Positions 45,449 through 52,442 of a stretch of 52,442 bases of DNA are shown here, in pieces (positions within the stretch are counted from its first letter, which is position 1; each line of letters begins with the position of its first letter). The DNA is from a virus. Taxonomy: Duplodnaviria; Caudoviricetes. The stretch spans positions 1 to 52,442 of IMG/VR virus record IMGVR_UViG_3300034378_000127. The stretch is one strand, 5' to 3'. Under the pieces are notes generated by a model that was given only the letters and a program-made list of their open reading frames with translations, had not been told where the DNA came from and made no database searches. The translations under genes and the position numbers were made by a program.

Positions 45449-47209
45449 TTAAATCTCCTCGGCTTCTGCCCAAGTCTTACCGTTTTTTGCGAGTGAAAAT
45501 TCAACTTCTAATGGAACATTTATTTCTGGAATGGCTATCATTGCATTTCTTATCTCATGTAATAAGTCATTAAATAGATATTTTGTATTCACGACGCTTT
45601 CATGTACTTCAAATATTATTTCATCATGAACAGTTAATACTATGTAAACGAGATTTTTCCATGATTTATTATCTATTATTTTCTGTATATTGACTTGTCC
45701 GCGCTTGATTATCCCTGCCGCTGTCCCCTGAATATAGTAATTAAGCCAGCTATATAATTTATCGTAAGGAATTTGTAACTTTCGTCCAAATGGAGTTGTG
45801 ACTATTCCATCATTTCGTTTACATATATCAATACCACTCGATACGAGATTCGCAATTTCTGGATACTGATTACAGTATTTTTTATATCCTGGCTCAGCTT
45901 CATATATTGATATTTTTAATGTATCTGCAATTTTTTGTAAACTAGCTCCATAACAAAGAGCGAAGTGTGCGTTTTTTGATACATCATAAAGGTCTGATGT
46001 CTTTCTTTTTCCTTTATAACGATTGCCAAACATCATTTCAGCAAACACTTCATGCGGATGTTCTCTTTTTTCAAGATGCTGTCTCATTCTTTTACAACCA
46101 GCAGCTTCAATAATCAGTCGCAATTCTATACCAGATTGGTCAACAGGCATTAATGCAAATCCTTCATGTGCTCTAAAACAACGACGAGCTGCTATTGTAT
46201 ATGGATTATCTTTTTTGGTTTCTTTTGCTACATTTTGTAAATTAGGAGTATCACATGCTTCTCGTCCAGTGGCTGCATGATTTGTTTTTAAGTTTGGATG
46301 TATTATTCCATTTGCATCCGTAAGTTGAGAATATCCTTTTATAATACCACGCCCTTTTGTATAAGAACGATGTCTTTTAAGAACATCAAATATTGGATGG
46401 TCTGTCTGCTCTTGCAATAATGAAAGAGTATCTTTATCAACTGAAGGTGATCCTGAACTAGTACGCTGTAAAATAGGAAGTTTGAGTTTTCCATATAAAA
46501 GGGCAGAGACTTGTTTCGGTGAAGCTAAATTATAATAATCATCAACGGCATCTATCAAATCAATCTCTGCTTTTTCAATTTCATGTTCAACAATTTTAAG
46601 CAATTCTTTTGATTCTTTCTCCGCATAGACAACTCCTCGTTGTTCCATGCGTTGCGTAACTTTTATTAATTCAATTTCATTTCTATAATCTGTATAAAGC
46701 TGAGGATTCTTATAGATTTCTGGAAACCAAGTATAATATAAAAGCATGGTTCGCTGACCATCGGCGATTTGATATTTTTCCATTTTCTTTCTTGGAATAT
46801 TCTGATAACCACCGAAAGCACGACCAAGTCTTTTGATTTCTTTGTCAAGATCACGTGACCAACCACTCAAAATCCATGCGACATAATCAAGTGAATGCTC
46901 AGGTCGTAAATTATCAAGCAATTGAGACATTATCATAGTATCATGCCAAGTTGTATTACAAGGAATTTTATAGTTATGCGCAACCAACATACCAAGCTCA
47001 AACTTCAAATTATGGCAAACTTTCTCAATAGATATTCTATTTAAAAATTGTTGCAATTCATTGTCTGGATGTTTTTCTACTCTTTTTACTTTTACTTTTC
47101 CTTCTTCATCACCAATACAATAGGCGAATATTCGGTCACCGTTATATGGACGAAATCCAGTCGTCTCCACATCAAAACTATTTATTATTGTTCTTCTTTT
47201 TACTGGCAT
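45449..47209 (-). CDS. polA: Family A DNA polymerase with 3'-5' exonuclease
   Basis: FDVETTG, HNLKFE, TGR..C..PNLQN, DQSGIELR, K...F...YG, NY.IQGTAA, VHDEI. Confidence 0.95.
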   Translation of the reverse strand: MPVKRRTIINSFDVETTGFRPYNGDRIFAYCIGDEEGKVKVKRVEKHPDNELQQFLNRISIEKVCHNLKFELGMLVAHNYKIPCNTTWHDTMIMSQLLDNLRPEHSLDYVAWILSGWSRDLDKEIKRLGRAFGGYQNIPRKKMEKYQIADGQRTMLLYYTWFPEIYKNPQLYTDYRNEIELIKVTQRMEQRGVVYAEKESKELLKIVEHEIEKAEIDLIDAVDDYYNLASPKQVSALLYGKLKLPILQRTSSGSPSVDKDTLSLLQEQTDHPIFDVLKRHRSYTKGRGIIKGYSQLTDANGIIHPNLKTNHAATGREACDTPNLQNVAKETKKDNPYTIAARRCFRAHEGFALMPVDQSGIELRLIIEAAGCKRMRQHLEKREHPHEVFAEMMFGNRYKGKRKTSDLYDVSKNAHFALCYGASLQKIADTLKISIYEAEPGYKKYCNQYPEIANLVSSGIDICKRNDGIVTTPFGRKLQIPYDKLYSWLNYYIQGTAAGIIKRGQVNIQKIIDNKSWKNLVYIVLTVHDEIIFEVHESVVNTKYLFNDLLHEIRNAMIAIPEINVPLEVEFSLAKNGKTWAEAEEI

Positions 47210-47210
47210 A

Positions 47211-47241
47211 AATAAAAAGGGAGGTCTTTTAAACCTCCCTT
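47211..47241 (-). terminator. Intrinsic terminator / attenuator between the SSB-like gene and the polymerase
   Basis: AAGGGAGGT-loop-ACCTCCCTT followed by TTTATTT. Confidence 0.6.
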
Positions 47242-47246
47242 ATCCC

Positions 47247-48044
47247 TTACCTGCAAACTATACAATCTTCAGCCCCAATAGCATCAAGCAACGCAACTTC
47301 ATCTTCATCGATTGCTCCATCTTCTGGATCAGAATAGTAACCAGCAGCCCTGAGCCCTTCCTCCGAAGTGCCAACAGGCCAGAAAACAAATCCCTTTACC
47401 AGTTTTTCAGCAATTTCTTCTACCTCTGTATCATTCTTGACTTTGATGCCTTGCTTGAGGCAAAACTTCACGGCTTCTCTTTGATAATCAATCCTTGGTT
47501 CTGCTCTCTGTCTACGAGGAGGTGTTCGTCTTACTGGTGAGTCCTCCGTAGAACTTTCTTCACCATCCTCAATTATCTGTAATACTGCAACATTGACGAA
47601 TGTTCTATTTGTGCCTTGTGTATGAGTTACTTCAATTCTGTATAAAGCTGCTTCGTCCTCGATAGATTTTACAATTTCAACAAAATCACTATCGAATACG
47701 AATTCTCCTTCTTTTTCTGTTTTGCTCCAATCAATCATTTCTTCGACTTCTTGACCATTCATTGAACAAAACCGACGGACTCGTGCAGCAGCATATTCAT
47801 TGAGTAATCCTTCCCATTGCCGCTGAACTTCACCCTCAAATTCGCCTTCAGTTACAAGCCAATCAATACGAATCTGAGGTTCTTGACGAGCCTTTGATAG
47901 TTCTGGACTAAACTGTTGCAATCGCACTATATAAGTGCCCGGCTCCAAATCTTGACTAGTGAATGGATTGTCTTTTAACTGCTTTGAACGTTCTTGCGCC
48001 TTCTTGGCTTGCTTGAGACGTTCTTTAAATGATACATCAGGCAT
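47247..48044 (-). CDS. ssDNA-binding protein-like (DUF669-like)
   Basis: LEPGTY.V, V.EGEFEG, acidic tail; follows the Sak4-like ATPase. Confidence 0.65.
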   Translation of the reverse strand: MPDVSFKERLKQAKKAQERSKQLKDNPFTSQDLEPGTYIVRLQQFSPELSKARQEPQIRIDWLVTEGEFEGEVQRQWEGLLNEYAAARVRRFCSMNGQEVEEMIDWSKTEKEGEFVFDSDFVEIVKSIEDEAALYRIEVTHTQGTNRTFVNVAVLQIIEDGEESSTEDSPVRRTPPRRQRAEPRIDYQREAVKFCLKQGIKVKNDTEVEEIAEKLVKGFVFWPVGTSEEGLRAAGYYSDPEDGAIDEDEVALLDAIGAEDCIVCR

Positions 48045-48071
48045 AAAGCCCTCCTTTCTTTAAAGAATAGG

Positions 48072-48977
48072 TTATCGGTTTTGTCGAGCAACTCGTCTTG
48101 CATCACGTTTTTTCTTTTCGAACTTCGCTTGTCTTATTTTTTCTGGTGGTTTACCATCGGTAAGGTCTGCATAAGTTTCTTTCTGCTTATTATTGAATGC
48201 GCGAATAAGATATTCATATGCCTCCTGTTCGCTATTACCCATTGGTATACGATGAATCTTCTCATTGTTCGTTGTTTTGAAGTGTCCATGCACATTTGAC
48301 TTTGCCATCACATAATCGTCACCGACAATTTGTAACCATCGCTCTTTATTTGCAAAATGGTAATAACCAATTACATCTGAGAACTCCCAATAGAATTGCA
48401 GACATGCTGGAGAAAAATTTGGTTCAATGCGAAAGGTGTTTCGGCCATCAAAAAGTTCGCGATCCGTTATTTTCTCATGCGAAGTGACCGAAAGACCGAT
48501 ATCGATTGCCTGAAAGCGTTTTTGTAAATTCTCAAACTCTGTGCGAACCATGCCCCACGTTTTGCCATAATCGTTCTTGTCAGATGGATGGATGCAGTTC
48601 TCGCGTTTACAAATGAATTCAAGCGCCCGTTTATACGCTGGGTCACCTGTGTCAAAACATGAGTGGTCGACCTTTCTTTTATCCTGTTCCAGAGCATCGA
48701 CCCATGAAACCCCCTCTTCCCAGGATTGCAGCAACGGAGTCGCAAAAAGCGATAAACCCTTTTGCGCCGCTTCCCAGCGGAAAAACAGGACTTTTTTCCC
48801 GAACTGGTCAACAAGGGAAGTCTTACCGATGCCTGTCATGCCATAAATCACGATCATATAGTCCGTCAACCGCTCAGGCACTTCGGTTCGCGCTGAGGGG
48901 ATAGAAGGTAATTTCTGACTCGTTACTTTTTGTTTAACTTTTGTTGATGGAGATATTGATTGTTTTTTGACCGGCAT
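48072..48977 (-). CDS. Sak4-like AAA ATPase / recombinase
   Basis: IYGMTGIGKTS, DYGK.W, TSHEK, SDVIGY, AKS. Confidence 0.8.
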   Translation of the reverse strand: MPVKKQSISPSTKVKQKVTSQKLPSIPSARTEVPERLTDYMIVIYGMTGIGKTSLVDQFGKKVLFFRWEAAQKGLSLFATPLLQSWEEGVSWVDALEQDKRKVDHSCFDTGDPAYKRALEFICKRENCIHPSDKNDYGKTWGMVRTEFENLQKRFQAIDIGLSVTSHEKITDRELFDGRNTFRIEPNFSPACLQFYWEFSDVIGYYHFANKERWLQIVGDDYVMAKSNVHGHFKTTNNEKIHRIPMGNSEQEAYEYLIRAFNNKQKETYADLTDGKPPEKIRQAKFEKKKRDARRVARQNR

Positions 48978-49147
48978 GCGCGGCCTCCTTTCTTGGCGAA
49001 AAAATCTATAACTTTCTGTAAATTGATAACTACTGGTTCAAATTCTCGAGATAATTCTTTCATTATTATCTTGAACTCGTAATTTATTTGTTGACCGAGA
49101 CACATTGTCGTACGCGAAAATGGACAGACTCTATTTTTCTTTTTCAT
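48923..49147 (-). CDS. Hypothetical protein
   Basis: ATG 49147 overlaps the upstream TGA. Confidence 0.45.
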   Translation of the reverse strand: MKKKNRVCPFSRTTMCLGQQINYEFKIIMKELSREFEPVVINLQKVIDFFAKKGGRACRSKNNQYLHQQKLNKK

Positions 49148-50106
49148 CCATCCAGCTCCGGCGAAACACAATCTTTTTGCACATACCCGTTGAGATGCCC
49201 ACAGGCACAAGCCTCGAGGAACTCGCATTTATAAGGCATCATGCACGCGAATTCGTTTTTGTACACTGCGCCTCCGCTGATCACATTCTCGGCGTCGATT
49301 AATTTCAGTTTCAGCTCCTCAGCGAATCTTCTCTTGTCCGCTGGCGTGAACGCTATCTCGTAACGATGGAAAAAATTATCAGGTTCTTTGCTTATGACGC
49401 TGATCATTCTCTCTGTATATGCTTTCAGCGTTTCCCCAATATGTAACTTGTGGCTTGGTTTTCGCACAATATTATAAAGCACGCCGCGGATATTTTTACG
49501 CGTGTTCTGCTCATAAATATAGGTATAAAATAAGCACTGAAAATCGAACGAGAGATGTTTCTGCAAGAAATCGTCTCGCACATGAGATTTTGTCTTATGC
49601 TCGATGAGCCAGGGTTGATTTTTCTTGTCCAGATACTCGCCATCAATTTTCGCCCGTAGCTTGTATTCACCGCATTCCGCTTCCCAAATCTGCTCAACGC
49701 GCTTGAATTGTTTCTTAGTGAAATCTTCATCATACCGCTCTAAGTAAACGATGAATAATGCCGTAGCTTGCGCGGCGTCGAACTGAGCGGCATCCTTAGT
49801 TTTCGCGGAACCCTTTTTATAATTTTCTTTTATAAACTCATCGAGCCATTTTTTGATTTTATCAATCGCCGGTTTCGATCCATTCGAGTAGATTTTATCA
49901 AGCACATCATGGAACATCGATCCGAAACCTGTATTCAGAACCTTATCCGGATGGCTCCAGCGGTTTATCGCCAATAGCCCGCGGAGACGACAACACATGA
50001 AATTTGCCAGCAAGGATTGTGTGATACCGTCGCGCAGCATATTATATTCCTTTTTCGATGGCGGTTGTAATGTCTTGATTGACTTCGACGTGCCCTTCTT
50101 GGTCAT
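49144..50106 (-). CDS. PD-(D/E)xK (RecB/Cas4-like) exonuclease
   Basis: GSMFH, KIDG, IEHKT, Q..FY, C-terminal C....CEF..AC. Confidence 0.85.
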   Translation of the reverse strand: MTKKGTSKSIKTLQPPSKKEYNMLRDGITQSLLANFMCCRLRGLLAINRWSHPDKVLNTGFGSMFHDVLDKIYSNGSKPAIDKIKKWLDEFIKENYKKGSAKTKDAAQFDAAQATALFIVYLERYDEDFTKKQFKRVEQIWEAECGEYKLRAKIDGEYLDKKNQPWLIEHKTKSHVRDDFLQKHLSFDFQCLFYTYIYEQNTRKNIRGVLYNIVRKPSHKLHIGETLKAYTERMISVISKEPDNFFHRYEIAFTPADKRRFAEELKLKLIDAENVISGGAVYKNEFACMMPYKCEFLEACACGHLNGYVQKDCVSPELDG

Positions 50107-50573
50107 AATAACGCCTCCTTTAGCTGTCGGATGGTTTGTAAATAATAAGGTGAGCTCGTCCCTCCGCTCCGTAGCAGCGCTGCTGGATGTATTATTCGCA
50201 CTGCTTCAGGAAACTCTTTTTTATAGTATTTCTCGGCAATAGCGCCGAGAAAAATAACATGTTTTGGTTTCACAAGTCGGAATATCTTCATCACGTTCTC
50301 AGCACAGGCAAGCACCTCATCAGATAATGGGTCGCGATTCTCTGGTGGTCGACACTGCACACAGTTATATATGTAGAAGGAATCTAAATTTATTTCTTTT
50401 AACATAATATTAAGCAATCTACCTGCAACTCCAGTGAACGCGATTCCGGTGACATTTTCTGAAGCACCAGGAGCCTCTCCGAGGAATAATACTTTAGCTG
50501 GAATTATGCCGCGTCCTTTAACAACTAGACGGCGTGTTTTATGTAAACGACAATTTTTGCAAAATTCTTTCAT
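50103..50573 (-). CDS. udg: Uracil-DNA glycosylase, family 4
   Basis: CKNC.L, LGEAPG..E, F.G.AG, C..CRPP.NR.P, HPAA; an in-frame upstream ATG at 50681 adds 36 cassette-derived residues. Confidence 0.9.
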   Translation of the reverse strand: MKEFCKNCRLHKTRRLVVKGRGIIPAKVLFLGEAPGASENVTGIAFTGVAGRLLNIMLKEINLDSFYIYNCVQCRPPENRDPLSDEVLACAENVMKIFRLVKPKHVIFLGAIAEKYYKKEFPEAVRIIHPAALLRSGGTSSPYYLQTIRQLKEALL

Positions 50574-50734
50574 ATGTTGTTGTGGGGAGTGATGTGCCAA
50601 CTCCTTAGATAACTGTGCGGCTTTTCTTTCGAGTCGATCACATCGCTCCTGCCAGTCTGATTCTAACATTCTATGATGCATAAATTGCCTTTCGTTAAAG
50701 CCGCACCTAAGTACATAGACTCGGCACAGAATTT

Positions 50735-50796
50735 ACCACAACGTCCGATGCATGGCCGATGTATGTACTCATATTTCGGCCTGCATTTGTTGTACG
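50735..50796 (-). repeat. attC-like site (62 bp)
   Basis: accacaac-gtcc-gatgcatggccga...tcggcctgcatt-t-gttgtacg. Confidence 0.85.
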
Positions 50797-51503
50797 CTGT
50801 TTTCAGAATCTCCACCAGTGCTGTTTTCGCCCTGGTCGAACAAAGACAATTGCGCTTGAGCATCTCGAAGCCGATTGCGGGCTATGTTTACATACTCTAA
50901 CTCTTGTTCTATGCAAATAAACCTGCGATTAAGAGCGTGGCAAGCCAATGCTGTTGTGCCACTACCAGCAAACGGGTCCAATACTAAATCATCCGGTTTC
51001 GTAAATAACTCCAAGCACCATTTGAATAAAGGCACTGGTTTTTGTGTGGGGTGGCATTTACCATCGCACTTGTTTATATAGGAATCAGCGCGGCTCATGT
51101 CAAAAATGCGAATTGGTTTATCGTTTGCGCTTGTCCACGCGATTTCACCATCAGTCATATACCCGCGCTGAATTTTGTTCCAAACAAGCCAGCAGCTACT
51201 TTGTGGCAACCGCATATAGTTGCCGCCCCACATTATTTGGTTTTGACTGACGCGAAGCATCTCTGTAATAACCTCAATATCTGGTGGCGCATTGTCCCAT
51301 TCATAGCAAGCATACCTCTTCCATCGACCACTATTAGAAACGCGGCCCGAATCACTTATTTGGTTTTGCGCCACATCATAACCGATACCGTAAGGAGGAT
51401 CAGTCAAAACCAAATCCACGCTCTTGTCACCAAGCTGCTTTAGAACCTCGTAGCAATCGGCGTGTATGATTTTACCGACCATGTTTTCTATTGTGTATTT
51501 CAT
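50769..51503 (-). CDS. N4/N6 DNA methyltransferase (beta class), cassette-borne
   Basis: LTDPPY, HPTQKP, LDPFAGSGTT; stop lies inside the attC. Confidence 0.92.
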   Translation of the reverse strand: MKYTIENMVGKIIHADCYEVLKQLGDKSVDLVLTDPPYGIGYDVAQNQISDSGRVSNSGRWKRYACYEWDNAPPDIEVITEMLRVSQNQIMWGGNYMRLPQSSCWLVWNKIQRGYMTDGEIAWTSANDKPIRIFDMSRADSYINKCDGKCHPTQKPVPLFKWCLELFTKPDDLVLDPFAGSGTTALACHALNRRFICIEQELEYVNIARNRLRDAQAQLSLFDQGENSTGGDSENSVQQMQAEI

Positions 51504-51541
51504 AAGGGCGAAAACCTATAAATTAAAAATTCTGAAAATGG

Positions 51542-51625
51542 CGTACAACGGGTTGCCAAACGGACGCTTTACAGTACACTAATCAAACAGGCTGCCCTGT
51601 ATTGCGCTCCTTTGGCTGTTGTGTT
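51542..51625 (-). repeat. attC-like site (84 bp)
   Basis: cgtacaac-gggtt-gccaaacggacgc...gcgctcctttggc-t-gttgtgtt. Confidence 0.85.
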
Positions 51626-51645
51626 TTGTAAAGTTGCCCACAATA

Positions 51646-51849
51646 TTAATCTTCAGCGGGCGGGTTATAATTAATTACTGGCTGCAATAGGTCAGCAAAA
51701 GTTAAGTTACCAGCCTCTATTTCATCTATAATTTTATTTCCAACTTGTTTAAAATCGCCAATTGTTTTAAGCCCATTATCATCACACACTTTCTTGGCAG
51801 CATCCTTGACAACACTAAACTGTTCTTTTGACAAATTTCTATAAGCCAC
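51646..51849 (-). CDS. Cassette-encoded hypothetical protein
   Basis: Fills the cassette; AAAGGA SD. Confidence 0.65.
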   Translation of the reverse strand: MAYRNLSKEQFSVVKDAAKKVCDDNGLKTIGDFKQVGNKIIDEIEAGNLTFADLLQPVINYNPPAED

Positions 51850-51905
51850 TTTTTGATCCTTTCAGTTTAGCCCGCTGACTTCAATACCAGCAGGCAAGTT
51901 TATTG

Positions 51906-51968
51906 AACACAACGTTTGCGCCTATACGATAGTACCGTTTCGGTATTTTGTATAGGCGCTGTTATGCG
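51906..51968 (-). repeat. attC-like site (63 bp)
   Basis: aacacaac-gttt-gcgcctatacgatagtaccg-ttt-cggtattttgtataggcgc-t-gttatgcg; upstream TAA stop in the core. Confidence 0.9.
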
Positions 51969-52222
51969 GCGTTGGCCGTTTCCTTAGATTTCTGCGCTTG
52001 CAAAACCGGCATAACGATTTTCTCGTAGATACGAATCTGTTTTTCGTAATCGGCATCACCGCTGCCAACAATTGCAATGACTGTGCCAACATCTAACCCC
52101 CGCAATTTAGAATAAAGGGTGCGAACCTCGTTGTTGTAAAAAAAATGATTAGCCCACCATTTGCCATGATACTTTAAACAGTATGACATCAAATCGTGTT
52201 CCAAATCTGCAACAAAATGCAC
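51962..52222 (-). CDS. Cassette-encoded hypothetical protein
   Basis: GGAGG SD; stop inside GCATAAC. Confidence 0.7.
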   Translation of the reverse strand: MHFVADLEHDLMSYCLKYHGKWWANHFFYNNEVRTLYSKLRGLDVGTVIAIVGSGDADYEKQIRIYEKIVMPVLQAQKSKETANAA

Positions 52223-52273
52223 AACGCCTCCTTTGCAAGCGCCTAATTTTTAAAGGCCAATGTGCGAAGCGAA

Positions 52274-52356
52274 CGCATAACGTCCGACACAGGCTGAAGT
52301 TGCGTCAAGCAATTTGGGCCGTAGCGACAGCGGAGCCAGCCTGTGTTTGTTGGGCG
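52274..52356 (-). repeat. attC-like site (83 bp)
   Basis: cgcataac-gtcc-gacacaggctg...cagcctgtgtt-t-gttgggcg. Confidence 0.85.
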
Positions 52357-52442
52357 CTGTTCGCGTCCGCTCCGCTATCAACTTTCGGCTCACAGGTATC
52401 ATCGTAGAGCAAAATGTTCGACACCATCCATTCGTAACCGCA
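52305..52442 (-). CDS. 3' fragment of cassette ORF (...CGYEWMVSNILLYDD...AQIA), truncated by window edge
   Basis: Frame is open from the window end to a TGA inside the attC. Confidence 0.5.
   Translation of the reverse strand, partial: CGYEWMVSNILLYDDTCEPKVDSGADANSAQQTQAGSAVATAQIA

Larger units (their letters stand above)
50579..52442 (-). mobile_element. Integron-like gene-cassette array, distal part (4 cassettes + 1 partial)
   Basis: Four attC-like sites; complementary cassette ends gttgtacgc/gcgtacaac, gttgtgtt/aacacaac, gttatgcg/cgcataac, gttgtgg/ccacaac. Confidence 0.85.

Noticed and set aside
49144-50106. Cas4-like nuclease as part of a CRISPR system
   Set aside because: No array or other cas genes; it sits in the usual nuclease-Sak4-SSB recombination module.
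1-52442. Integron integrase, phage integrase or reverse transcriptase (DGR/retron)
   Set aside because: I recognised no tyrosine/serine recombinase or RT motifs in the listed ORFs; they could lie in sequence outside the window.
1-52442. Stop-codon reassignment or tRNA genes
   Set aside because: Core genes are full length in the standard code; no cloverleaf was recognised by eye (tRNAscan-SE would settle it).

Overview
Near-complete genome of a tailed dsDNA phage (HK97-type head, long-tail module with tape measure). Essentially all real genes are on the minus strand. In reading order the modules are: (i) sigma70-type promoter at ~7.0 kb, small early genes, SNF2 helicase, RuvC-like resolvase; (ii) an integron-like gene-cassette array that runs off both window ends (1-3543 and 50579-52442); (iii) UDG, PD-(D/E)xK nuclease, Sak4-like ATPase, SSB-like protein, family A DNA polymerase, primase-helicase, split clamp-like gene; (iv) terminase, portal-MuF, head accessory/fibre block, protease, capsid, neck, a 9-gene glycan-modification cluster, and tail genes with a -1 frameshifted chaperone. 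I recognise no integrase, reverse transcriptase, CRISPR array or tRNA. The main observation is the cassette array: about 12 single-gene cassettes (3 are DNA methyltransferases) separated by attC-like hairpins, with no integrase in the window. Each intact cassette is also bracketed by its own ~45-nt three-block terminal inverted repeat. The repeat sequence differs between cassettes, pairing is kept within each cassette, and a CTAYAA-like loop motif is conserved. Product calls rest on motifs recognised by eye; no searches were run.
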